From Carcharhinus amblyrhynchos (lineage: Eukaryota): a DNA stretch of 64,000 nt. The stretch covers positions 21,948,001-22,012,000 of the forward strand of contig OZ336873.1 in assembly GCA_965287045.1 (NCBI GenBank), written 5' to 3'. Shown here one piece after another: positions 29,301 through 41,470 of the stretch; positions within the stretch are counted from its first letter, which is position 1, and each line of letters begins with the position of its first letter. Below the pieces are notes generated by a model. That model ran no database searches, had not been told where the DNA came from, and saw nothing but the letters and a program-made list of their open reading frames with translations. The position numbers were made by a program, and so were the translations under genes.

Positions 29301-29469
29301 TTGATAACTGTCAATAATATACTCAGTTCAACAGTAAATTAACCTGAGGTAGAGCAAGTAAACAGCTAAGGGATCCTTAAAATTCATTTTAAGAAATATG
29401 ATCTTTTTGTTAGCTTGTGACTCATATGTAATCTTGCATTGTTCTCTATTAAGTTTACGTACATCTTAA

Positions 29470-30381
29470 CTTTTGGGTGCAAAAAAATTTGAAGTGCCCT
29501 ATCTGCGTAAAAACTGAAATAAATCATGCTGGTTTTCTAGTGGGATTTTCAACATGAATCTCCTATACTCTTTGCACTGCAGAGTGCATGAATGTAAATC
29601 AGAGGGTGGGGACTATTCCCACTGGAGAGGCTGGCAGCATAGCACTGAGTGGGCCACTGTGCACATGCCGATCTGTCAGCACCAAGATCGGCGCAAGCGA
29701 GGTGGCCCTGCACTGCCAGCCCTGCAACCCCTCATCACTGACCCTCCGACTTCCCCATGGCCTGATCGCTGGCCCCTGAGCATGTCTGTCCAACCTCAAC
29801 GCCCAGACCCTGGGCAATCCCTAGCCTTCCTCTGTCACTCAGCCCAAGTTCAGAGTGGCAGCAGGACACCGACCTCCTCCCCACAGAGGCCCCACCCTCA
29901 CTGTGCCCTTGCCCCTTGGCACTGCCCAATGTCTGGTGGGCAATGGCACTTTGCTCTTTGGACAGTGCCAGGGATCAGTTTGGCACTGTCAAGCTGGCAA
30001 TGGCCAGCAGCACACCCCCTTACTCATGATCCTCTGGGAGTCTTCAACGGCCTCCCTTCATTCCAGCGGGGTCAGGCCAATAGTTTCCCGCAAGTGGAGA
30101 GCTATTGTAAACCCCTCTGGGGTGAAATACTCTTGGCAGAAGGGAGGTGGGGGATTCTAGGGGGCCCAGAGACTTCAGTCCCATGCCTGCTAATGATATA
30201 TAAAAGACATTAAAATGAAAATTTGCATAAATTATGCAGCTCCACGTGGATTTCTGGCTCGGAGTTTATGGCGCCAGAAATCCAGTTGCCGGAAACTCGC
30301 AGAATCCATGGCACCCAGCAGGAAGCCCACGAAACGGCCTCTGGTACAAAAGCAGCGCAGTGGGCTGAGAGAATTGTCCCC
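29470..30381. mobile_element. GC-rich MITE, same family as 24010-24898
   Basis: Shared blocks (gcagcatagcactgag, cagagtggcag, cttgcccc.tggcactgccc); right TIR gagagaattgtcccc. Confidence 0.7.
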
Positions 30382-30453
30382 ATTCTTTTCTTAGGATATC
30401 GTCATCAGGGTAATAGGGTGAAGGAAGAAAAGTTAACAATAAATCACATATAC

Positions 30454-30609
30454 CTCATTAATTTGCCTCTTCTGCGCAGAAATTCTCTTCTGTGTCTGTT
30501 TCTGCAACAATTGCTCCCGTTTCTTCACATATTCCTCGGAAGTGTACGCCAGAGGATTGTGAAAGTCATCATGTCCTTCATCCATCATGTACCAATCTCG
30601 ATCTGCTTG
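30454..30609 (-). CDS. DHX38: DHX38 exon 8
   Basis: tag| [33 protein letters not shown]...[11 protein letters not shown] |gtatat; 156 nt. Confidence 0.95.
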
Positions 30610-31774
30610 CTATAAGATTGGGAAACATGCAGCACAACAAGTTACAATAAGCAAAGTTAAAATAGCTTTTTCAGCGAACATTCTCACATCACTTTTAGTT
30701 TTATCCATTGCAAAGCAGCCCAAGTGAAAAACTGACTCGCATTCACACAGCACTTTCTACAATCACCACACGTTGTTCACTCAAGCACACTACCTGAGAT
30801 TAATTTGTATAACAAGTACACACTCAGGTTCACAGAGTCAAACCATTCCTGCAGAAGTAAACCATTTTACACGTGGGACAGGAAATGATCTTCAATGAGC
30901 TTGAATCACAAGATGATTAACATCTTTTCAGACAATATTCTTCTGGAATCAGCTGCAAAACGATACACTTGAGCAGCTTAAAGCACATCGTCCCAGATAA
31001 GACATGTCAGGGTAGTTTTTGAGATCTGCCCTGGTAATGTGATAAATTCTTGAATTCAACTCGACAGGGTAACATTGACACAAATCTGTACGCTATCAAT
31101 CTGTACCTGATCACCTACACAGGTGAGTGTTATTGAATTTGTGTTAAGTCTCGACAAGAAACCTCCTACACATTCAAGCATAACAGAACAGGAACAAACC
31201 ACACGTGGACAGCATTCATTCACCTTTAATAAGTAACACTTCATTTTAAAATGATGTATTGATTAATATTTTAGACCAGCATTAATTCAAATTGTCGGCG
31301 GTAATAGTTATCTGTCAATTTGAGGATGACATCTACTCAGTGTCACGAGTTTTGGCCATGGGCTTCATATGAACTGGCCAATTCTCAGCTGTTCATCTTT
31401 GAACTCATGGGGCAGGATATCCCATGAGGTAATGGGACCCAGAATGCTGGTTTTCCTTCCTTTTCTTTCTTTACAACTGCTCTGCCTCATCATTAAGGCT
31501 TTTGGACTCAAAGCATGGTGCATGATGGTTGCTATCATTTTGAACAAGTGATAGCAAGCTCCTTCAATCATTAATGTCACTGGCGCCACACCTCAAGGAG
31601 AGCTTCGACAGTGTCTTTGTCGCATTTTCTTCGACCCGTCGGAACACAGTTTTTGTGATATTGATTGAGGGTCAATCTGGTCATTTATTTCACTGCTATT
31701 CTTTGGGATCTGATTGACACATGTTGCTGCAACATTTGTCTACATTAATACAATGGTGATACTTGAAAGATCAC

Positions 31775-32672
31775 AGAACATAGAACACTACAGCACAAAC
31801 GGGCCCTTCAGCCCACAAGTTGCGCCGATCACATCTATACCTACCAAGCCATAGAACTATCTGTAACTTCCAATGCCATGAGATCTCATATACTCATCCA
31901 GAAGTCTTTTAAAACACCCCAGTGAGTTTGCCTCTACCACCATCGACGGCAGCCGATTCCACTCACTCACCACCCTCTGAGTGAAAAACTTGCCCCTAAC
32001 ATCTCCTCTGTACTTGCTTCCCAGTACCTTAAACCTGTGTCCTCTCGTAGCGACCATTTCAGCCCTGGGAAATAGCCTCTGAGAACCCACCCTATCTATT
32101 CCTCTCAACATTTTATAAACCTCTATCAGGTCGCCTCTCAACCTTCATCTCTCCAGGGAGAAGAGACCTAGCTCCCTCAACCTATCTTCATAAGGCATGC
32201 CTCCCAATCCAGGCAACATCCTTGTAAATCTCCTCTGCACCCTCTCAATAGCTTCCACGTCCTTCCTGTAGTGAGGCGACCAGAACTGCGCACAATACTC
32301 CAAGTGGGGTCTGACAAGGGTCTTATAAAGTTGCAGCATTACCTCCCGACTCTTAAACTCAATCCCTCGATTAATGAAGGCCAGTACACCATATGCCTTC
32401 TTGACCATATCCTCCACCTGCGAGGCTGATTTAAGAGTCCTATGGACCTGGACCCCAAGATCCTTCTGCTCTTCAACCCAGCTAAGACTCCTACCCTTGA
32501 TATTGTACTCCTGCATCCTGTTGGTCCTGCCAAAATGGACCACAACACATTTATCGGCGTTGAAGTCCATCTGCCACTTCTCCGCCCAGTCTTGCATCCT
32601 ATCTATGTCACACTGCAACTTCTGACATCCCTCCAGACTATCCACAACACTACCAACCTTCGTATCGTCGGC
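31775..32672 (-). mobile_element. Young 5'-truncated CR1 LINE
   Basis: ADDTKVG...LVRPHLEYCAQFWSP...RGDLIEVYK; (gttctat)n tail. Confidence 0.92.
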
Positions 32673-32998
32673 ATATCATGAAGAGCTCTCGGACACACTG
32701 AGGACATTATGTAAATTTAAATTTGGCCTTTCTCCAGCTCATAATGCACCAATAATTACCTAATTTAAGTTATTTTATGTGAGTACTCCATGATATTTCA
32801 GAGACAATATTCCATATAAAGTTCCTTTCTCTCTGTATAGAAACAATTTATGGCATGTGAAAAGCATCTTTTCCATCATATGTCAGACAAATTCAAGTGC
32901 TAGCAGTTTTTTTAAAATGCAGTACATTTTTGAAATGATAAACACAAATGTTAAGTTCTTTTTCCAACTGTACTTCAAAATTTAGGAAAATACCTTAC

Positions 32999-33075
32999 CC
33001 TTTGATCTTCTTCCCACTGCCTTTGCTCATCTTCATTCTCAAAATAAATGCCATCTTTACCTTCTTCCCTCCTTC
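32999..33075 (-). CDS. DHX38: DHX38 exon 7
   Basis: cag| RREEGKDGIYFENEDEQRQWEEDQR |gtaagg; 77 nt, splice phases fit both neighbours. Confidence 0.92.
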
Positions 33076-33510
33076 CTGACAATGTTGAAGAGATAATATT
33101 TTAGTCTCATACAGCAAAATAATCACTGTTACAACTTTAAAATTATAGCTACATATTAGATTCAAGACTTTTGCTTTAGAAACATTATCACAAATTTTGT
33201 ATCTTAAACTTTCATCTAAAACTCAAAGCCATTTACTATGCATCCTTCACACAAATAAATGTATAATTTCTCAAATCTCAGGTTACTAATTCAGATGTGA
33301 TCCTAAAGTACTAGACTATTTCACTATTCACTCCCTATGAATAGGTGGAAATCCAACTTCCATAATGAATCATCAGTTACAAGCCTCAATAGAAGCCAAA
33401 ATCACGTATCACTGGAGAGGAGATGCAACAAATCTGTCTTTCTGATGAAATATTAAGACTTTTTTTAATGATCTATTTTAATAGAGAAAAATTGAGAATA
33501 AAACATGTAC

Positions 33511-33629
33511 CTTTGCCTTTGGAAAGTCGAGGTGTTGCCCCCAGATGCCTTCTGTCATCAGCCCACTCATTGTATTTGTACGATGGTGTTGGCAGGGGTG
33601 TATCCTCTTCGTAATGGTTCCTTCTAGAC
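33511..33629 (-). CDS. DHX38: DHX38 exon 6
   Basis: cag| [39 protein letters not shown] |gtacat; 119 nt. Confidence 0.93.
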
Positions 33630-34141
33630 CTGAAGAAAGAAAAACCTACTGAAAATGCAAGCGATCATGACAACTAAAATCTCAGAACAATCAATGAAAC
33701 AAATATCTTTTGAACATGAGCGTTTAAATCGTCACAGGGAAATATGATCTATATGACCCTCTGTGTCTCCGGATCAAACAGGCTACAATAAATTACCAAG
33801 CTTTCATTGATGGATGTTTCATATTCAAATTTAGAACTAGGTCAATACATCACTGAATAACAACAGCATTACCAAATGAAAAGTCCGACATGTTGCTTCC
33901 TGAAATTCCATACTGGATGTGAGTGCTCTGAGATGTAGGTTATGAAATGGCAGAAAAAAAACTTTGCTGAATACTTGAAGTGGAAGTAAATAAAACAAAA
34001 ACCAAATGGACATATTATATTGAGGCTAAACTGTTTCAGCAATATTCAAAGGACATCAAGCAACATTGAATTGCTTAAAACAGAGGGATTCAGAATGCTT
34101 TAACTTTTTTTCTTCTCTCCAAGTGTAATGTCCTAATATTA

Positions 34142-34660
34142 TGTTAGGGGTTGTGGGTTTTAAACAAAAAGATGTGGTTTGCACACGTAGATTCAAAATA
34201 ACAACAGGTTTACTGTAGGAGCTGCTGCCTGTACAGAGTAGAAAAGAAAACTAAGACAGGAGCCTGTGAAATACCCCAATAATGTGACCAACTCTTAAAG
34301 CAATCATGTAACCACCTAAATATATAACACCCTCCCACTTTATTTCTGTAGTCTTGACAACAAATTACAATGATGTTACATATAGAATTAATAATACTCT
34401 GGACATAGTATTATGCACCATTAATAATTATGCAGTGAATAAGAAAGTCCATCAGGAGGACATCTATTCCTCTTTGATTGTATATGACATTCTGGAATTT
34501 GGCTGTGCTTGACCCCAGAAGTATGATTTGGAACTTCATTAGACACTTCTTTTGGAACTACTTCTGTATTATTCTTACGTGGTATAGTAGCAAAGACACA
34601 ATCACCAGGCAACTCAGATTTAACTAAATCTTCTGTAGTAGCATTCACAATACAGATGTT
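34142..34660 (-). mobile_element. Gypsy 3' end: pol tail, PPT and LTR
   Basis: RNRCPPDGL pol terminus; PPT-like gtgggagg abuts TGTTATA (34329); LTR ends TAACA (34142). Confidence 0.55.
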
Positions 34661-34669
34661 GGTACTTCA

Positions 34670-34985
34670 CAGAATAGAATCCATAGAATCCCTACAGTAC
34701 AGGAGGCGGCCATTCGGCCTATTGAGTCTGTACTGACCACAATCCCACCCAGGTCCTGTTCCTGTAACCCAACACATTTACTCTGCTAATCCCCTGACAC
34801 TAGAGTCAATTTTAGCATGGCCAAACAACCTATCCTGCACATCTTTGTACTGTAGGAGGAAAACCCACGCAGACACAGGAAGAAAGTGCAAACTCCACAC
34901 AGATAGTGACCCAAGCCGGTGATCAAACCCGGGTCCCTGGCACTGTGAGGCAGCAGTGCTAACTACTGTGCCACCATGCTGCCCA
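34670..34985 (-). mobile_element. HE1/V-SINE full-length
   Basis: Head, V-domain and (attctat)n tail. Confidence 0.88.
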
Positions 34986-35587
34986 AATCATTTTGAGATG
35001 ACAACAATTGATCAGCATGATGTTGCCAAGCTATTTCATCTTCAATTCAAACTGCATAAGTAACTGGACCTGGTTTTGCTAAAGTTATGGCTGGTACCAA
35101 TTTCTTACTCTTGGCACAATTATGCACTAACACTTGACCTTTTCGTTACAATAAGCATCGTCTTACCCACAGTTCTCACCTTGCAATTTGAGATTATTGT
35201 TGACACTCTACTGTCTTTGAAGTTTCTGGAGATAATAACAAATCAAACATAGTTCTCAACCTTTTCTTTAAGCGTAATAATGCAGGTGAACTTTGGATAG
35301 TATTTCCATAAGACACCAAAAAGCTATTCACACCACATGATAATGAACCCTGCTCCTCTGAAGCTTTTAAAGAATGAATCATTGCCTATAATCACTGTCT
35401 ATAATCATTGCCATAGTCACTGGATGAGCCAGATGCTTTGTAATACTATAGACCTGAACAATGATTTTGTTTTTAAAGTCACAAGGATCTCTCCAGGTTA
35501 GCTAGAAAAGGTGGCATAATTGTACTACTGCATTCATCTATTTTTATACAGAACTCATGTTTCAGTTCACATCTGTTTTTCACTAAC

Positions 35588-35765
35588 CTTTCTTTGTCGC
35601 GTCTTTCTGTATCACGACCTGAAGAGCGATAACTTCTTTCACTCTTATCCAAATCCCTTTGTGAGGGAGTAGGAGATGGAGACTCCCACTGTGATCGATG
35701 AGGATACTGACTTCCAATTCCACTGTCATCATCATCCCAGCTAGATCGAGAAGGAGTAAGAGCAT
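35588..35765 (-). CDS. DHX38: DHX38 exon 5
   Basis: tag| [15 protein letters not shown]...[11 protein letters not shown]...RDKE |gttagt; 178 nt. Confidence 0.92.
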
Positions 35766-36508
35766 CTATAAAACAAGGTGATTTCAAATGTGATGCAAAA
35801 AATAACATAAGGCCTCAGTCTTTCCTTCCCATTATTTAATGGCAATCTTCCAACACCAGCACCCCACCCTCAACACACACTGCATACGCTGCATACTTTT
35901 CTATATAAGAGTCTGGACCTAAAGAGTTTGTTCTCTGGCCTTGGCCTACATTACTGGTAAATGTGGAACTTTCACTAAACTGAAAAAGAGAAATAGTAAA
36001 TAAATGACTCAAACTCAAAGGGCATAAATGGGCCAGGATGAGAAAAACTAGAGACGAATATAATCAGCAAAAAATCAAATAGGAATTCAAAATAAAAAAA
36101 AATTCAGAGGAGCAAGCATGTGGAATTCAGAACCACAGTGCATAGATGAGGGAACAAGTTACAGATGCATTTAAAAGGAGGATAGAAAGCATATAACTGA
36201 GAAGAGAATAAACACCAATGCTTCTACATCTGGAGGAAGAAAGTTGGGAGGAGGCTTGAGCAGACTATAAATACCTGCACGCAATGGTTTGGGTTGAAAA
36301 GTCTGTTTTTGTGCTATATATATTTAATATACTTTTATGAATCACTGTTAATTCCCCACCAACTCCTACAGACTTGCTACACTGAATGTGGAAGTTCAAA
36401 CACTAGGTTAGCTAGTCAATAATAATCAAGGTGAAAACTATATTTGTCTCTACAGCAGATATAATCAAGATTTCATTCATTCAGGATGGAAAACTAATTT
36501 GTGCTCAC

Positions 36509-36658
36509 CTTTTAATCTGGGTACGGGCGTGCCAGGTTCACCTTTCCTGCTGCTTCTGCTTCGCTCTGAGCAATTGTCTCTGTACCCTCTGTCACTTCGC
36601 TCTGATGTGTCTCTATCCTTTTTTCGAGAGGAACTCGACCTACTACTTTCTCGATCAG
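36509..36658 (-). CDS. DHX38: DHX38 exon 4 (RS/RD-rich)
   Basis: tag| DRESSRSSSSRKKDRDTSERSDR...SRKGEPGTPVPRLK |gtgagc; 150 nt, phase 1-1. Confidence 0.88.
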
Positions 36659-36914
36659 CTATAAAAATGAAAGCAAATTACATACACTGCAAGAAAGGAG
36701 TTAATTTGCATTATCAAGCTATCCAATCATGCTACATTAGAATTCTTTTGGCAGGGTAAATGAGTCATAATTTCTACTTTATTCAGGACCTACTGAAGAT
36801 GCTGAGCAATTTTTTATTATTGTATACTACTCATTTTCTTAAACAGGATTTCTTTTGCAAACAGCATACAAACTTAAGAATGAACCAGCAAATAAAGCTC
36901 CAAAAGGAAAGGAC

Positions 36915-39275
36915 TAAAGACTCCGTATCCAAATTGTCACATTGCATATCTCCCAACAGCTAGCATGAAGTGAGGAACTGATATGTGAGCAATTATGGGA
37001 AGATGTAAAAACAGCAGGGTTGTTGTGATGGGCAATTTTAACTTCCCCAACATAGACCTGGATTCCTTTAATGCTAGGGCTTGGATGGGGCAGGATTTGT
37101 TCAGTGTGTCCAAGAGTGCTTCTTGAGGCAATATGTATATAGTTCAACTCGGGAAGAAGCTATCTTAGAGCTGGTTCTGGGAAACGAGCCTGGACAGGTG
37201 ATTGATGTCTCAGTGGGGGACCATTTTGGGAACAGTGATCACAATTCTAAAAGTTTCAAGATACTTGTAGAAAAGGATAGAAGTAGTCCCAAAGTGAAAG
37301 TACTAAACTGGGGGAAGGCTAACTACAACAGTGTTAGGCAGGAGTTGGCGATGTAGACTGGAAGCGGCTGTTTGAGAGTAAATCCACATCTGATACCTGG
37401 GAGTCTTTTAAAAGTCAAGTTGTTAACAATCTAGGACAAGTGTGTCCCTGTAAAAATGAAGGATAAAGATGACAAGATTCAGAAATCCTGGATGACAAAA
37501 GAGATTATGAGCTAAATGGAAAAGAAGAAGGAGGCATACATCAATTTCAGGAAATTGAAAATGGATAAGACTCATGAGGAATACAAAGATAGCAAGAGAG
37601 ATCTTAAACAACGGGCAAAAGGGGGCCATGAAATGTCCTTGGCAAGCAGGACTAACGAGAATCCCAAGGGCTTCTATGCATGTGCAAGGAGGAAGAGGGT
37701 AGCTAAGGAAAGGGTAGGTCCACAGAAGGACAGTGGAGGAAATTTGTGTGTGGAGCCAGATGAGGTGGGTGAGGTCCTTACTTTGCATCAGTATTCACAA
37801 AGGAGAAGGATGTGGTGGACGGTGAGTGTCGCAAGGAGGATGCTGACATTCTAAGACATGTTGAAATAAAGAGGAAGGAGGTATTGGAGGTTTCAGAAAA
37901 CATTAAGGTGGTAAAGTTCCCAGGGCCAGATACGGAGTATCCCAGAATACTGAGAGGGCAAGGGTAGAAATTGCTGAGGCATTAGCCAAAATCTTTGTAT
38001 CCTCTTCAGCCATAGGCGAGTTACCAGAGGACTGTTTGAGAAGGGCAGAAGAGAGAATTTGGGAAATTACAGGTCTGCTAGCCTTACATCAGTGGTGAGA
38101 TTATTGGAGAAGATTCTTAGGGACAGGATGCACTCATATCTGGAACAGAATAGTTTAATTAGCGATAGGTAGCATGTTTTTGTGAAGGGGAGGTCATGTC
38201 TCACAAACTTGATTGAGTTCTTTGAGGAAGTGGCAAGAAAGATTGACCAGGGCAGGGCACTGGGTGTTGTATACATGGACTTTAGTAAAGCCTTCAATAA
38301 GGTTCCTCATGGCAGGCTGATACAGAAGATGAAGTCATATGGGATCCTATGTGAGATGGATATAAAACTGGCTTGAGCAAAGAAAGCAAAGTATAGTAGT
38401 GGAAGGGTACTTTTCTAACTGGAGGTCTATGACAAGCAGTGTTCCACCGGAAGGATGTTGATACATTGGAAAGGGTGCAGAAGAGATTTACCATGTTGCC
38501 TGGTTTGGAGGATATGGACTATAAAGAAAGGTTGAACAAACTTGGATTGTTTTCATTGGAGCGTCGGAGGATTAGGAGGGACCCGATAAAGGTTTACAAG
38601 ATTATGACAAGCTTGTATAGAGTGGATAGTCAGAGTCTTTTTCCCAGGGTCGAAGGATCAATTACTCAAGGGCATAGATTGAAAGTGAGAGTGTGAGTTT
38701 AAAAGAGATGTAAGGGGCAAGTTTTTCACACAGAGGGTGGTGAATGCCTGGAACGCGCTGCTGGAGGAGGAGGTGGGAGCAGATTATGTAACAATGTTCA
38801 AGAGGCATCTGGATATTTACATGATTAGACAGGAAATAGAAGGGTATTCACGTTCAGGCAAGAAAATATTAGATGAGAGAGTGTCATAGAATCATAAAAC
38901 CCTACAGTGCAGAAAGAGGCGCTCCGGCCCATCGAGTCTGCACCGAACACAATCCCAACCAGGCCCTATCCCCATATCCCTACATATTATACCCATTAAT
39001 CCCAGGACACCAAGGGGCAATTTCTTAGCATGGCCAATCAACCTAACCCGCACATCTTTGGACTGTGGGAGAAAACCGGAGTACACAGAGGAAACCACAC
39101 AGACACGAGGAGAATGTGCAAACTCCACACAATGACCTGAGCCAGGAATTGAACCCAGAACCCTGGAGCTGTGAAACAGCAGTGCTAACCACTGTGCTAC
39201 TGTGCCACCCTGTGTGTCAGCACAGACTTGGTGGGCCGAAGGGCTTGTTCCTGTGCTGTGCTGTTCTTTGTTCTT
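36915..39275 (+). mobile_element. CR1 LINE (endonuclease to RT and 3' UTR), decayed and deleted
   Basis: MGNFNFP, FGNSDHN, GRSCLTNLIEFFEEV, YMDFSKAF; 3' UTR split by a SINE. Confidence 0.9.
38885..39210 (-). mobile_element. HE1/V-SINE nested in the CR1 3' UTR
   Basis: Full SINE; the CR1 tail resumes at 39211. Confidence 0.88.
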
Positions 39276-40640
39276 AAAGATGCCACCACCATGTCTCCTG
39301 TTCCACCAGAGTCTCAAACATCCTAGACCACTGCTATACAAATATCAAAAATGTGTACTGCTCTATTGCCCGCCCACACTTTGGTAAATCAGACCACAAG
39401 GCTGTGCTCCTGCTCCCGGCTTACAAGCAAAAACTGTAACAAAATAATCCATCAAAGAAAGTTGTGCAATGTTGGTCTAAGGAATCAGCTGATTTCCTAA
39501 AGGACTGCTTAGAGTCATAGACTTATCGGTATTTAAAAACTCTGCGACCAGCCTGAATGAGTACGCCACTATAGTAATTGACTTCATTAGTAAGTACATA
39601 AAAGACTGTGTCAAAGAAGCAAATCCACGTGTTTCCCAACCGGAAACCATGGATGAACAGGGATATCCACTGCTTGCTGAAGTACAGATCTGAAGTGTTC
39701 AAGTCATGCGACACTGACCTATAGAAAAAAACCAGATATGATCTACTGAGATCCATCAAAGATGCCAAACGTCAGTACTGGACCAAGCTAGAGTCCCAGG
39801 CTTGCCACAAGGACATCTGCTGACTATGGGAACAAGGTCAGCAAAACATAACAGGCTACAAGATGAAGGCAGGTAAAATCGTCGGCTCCAATGCACCCCT
39901 CCCTAATGAGCTCAACGTATTCTATGCCTATTTTGAGCAAGAGGTCAATGAGAGCACGCCCTCCATTGATGAGTGGAAGACGAACATGTATCCAAGGTCA
40001 CCACTGTCGATGTTCAGGGAAGCCTTCTCAAAAGTCAACCCACTGAAAGCAACTGGCCCAGATAGGATACCTGGACGAGCACTCAGGTCCTGCGTGGCCC
40101 AGATGGCAGGGGTATTCGCAGAAATCTTTAACTTCTCTTTACACCAATCTGAGGTTCCTATCTGCTTTAAGGAGACGACCATCATTCCAGCACCAAAAAA
40201 AAGCCACCAGGCAGCGTGCCTTAATGAGTATTGTCTAGTGGCTCTGACATCTATCATTATGTAGTGCTTCGAAAGGTTAGTCATGGCACAAATCAATTCC
40301 ATTCAGGGTCATGAACAAAGCCCAGTCCATCACTCAAACCAGCCTCCCATCATTGACTTTGTCTACACTTCACGCTGCCTCGGAAAAACAACCAGCACGA
40401 TTAAGGCCCCCATGTACCGCAGACATACTCTCTTCCACCTTCTTCGATCCAGAAAAAGATATAAAAGCATGAGAAGACGTACCAACGGATTCAAAAACAG
40501 CTTCTTCCCTGCTGCCATCAGACTTTTGAATGGACCTACCTTGCATTAAGTTGATCTTTCTCTACACCCTAGCTATGACTGTAACACTGCATTCTGCACT
40601 CTCTCGCTTCCTTCCCAACGTACGGTATGTTTTGTTTCTT
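39275..40640 (+). mobile_element. Rex1/Babar-type LINE, internally deleted
   Basis: KATGPDRIPGRALRSC..QMAGVFAEIFNFSL...VALTSIIM.CFERLV, joined to FKNSFFPAAIRLLN. Confidence 0.8.
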
Positions 40641-40645
40641 TATCC

Positions 40646-40773
40646 CATTGGACTGGGGTAAGCACTCTAAGAAGTCTCACAACACCAGGTTAAAGTCCAA
40701 CAGGTTTATTTGGTAGCACAAGTTTTCTGAGTGTCGCTTGCTGGATTTAACCCGGTGTTGTGAGACTTCTAAC
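40646..40773. mobile_element. Penelope-derived miniature palindromic element
   Basis: Matches 63608-63685; inverted arms 40670-40702 and 40739-40770. Confidence 0.65.
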
Positions 40774-41300
40774 TTTGAATTACATAACGGTGTTATTAAA
40801 GATTGATAACATTCTCTATGAACTTGATTAGCAAATAAATAGCGACAGCCAATGGAAAACTATAATTTTTTTTAGATATGAAAAGTGTTACTTTCAAATA
40901 ACAAACTATTTGGACTTTTGATTTATTTCACTTGAATTGAATTCTCTCCACATATAAAATCAGTAATAAAATAATATTCCATACAGTCTTATTGTAAATA
41001 AAAATAAACTACTTTTTAAAAGCAGCTCCAATTAGGCAACCAATGCAATCATAGATACCTTCTTAGGTACGTTAGCATTATTCACTCCTTGAGCAGTTTG
41101 CCAACCCTGAAAAATTAACCTCCTGAAAGCTATGTTTAATTCAACAGTAACATCTTATTAAGCCCCCAAATGATAGCATAGTCCAGAGTCTCAAAACGTG
41201 ACAGCAACATTAAATACAGAAAATCTGATGCCCCATTTCAGCTACGTTTAGATGTCAATGAAAACAATGAGAAGTTTTATCACAATCCCTCTTGACTCAC

Positions 41301-41470
41301 AGTCACGATCTCTGCTGCGATCCCTTTTCTTTTCCTTCTCATTGTCCTTTGATGATGCATAAACTCCATGTTCACGACGATCCCGCTCTCTTTGCCGATG
41401 CCGTTCCTTAAATTCTTCACTAACTCCACCTGTGTGGGAAGGTGTTTCTGCACCAGAGGTACGATAGTAC
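41301..41470 (-). CDS. DHX38: DHX38 exon 3
   Basis: tag| [41 protein letters not shown]... |gtgagt; 170 nt. Confidence 0.92.

Noticed and set aside
29554-30213. 219-aa ORF
   Set aside because: Lies within a non-coding MITE; the frame is not preserved in the sister copy at 24 kb.
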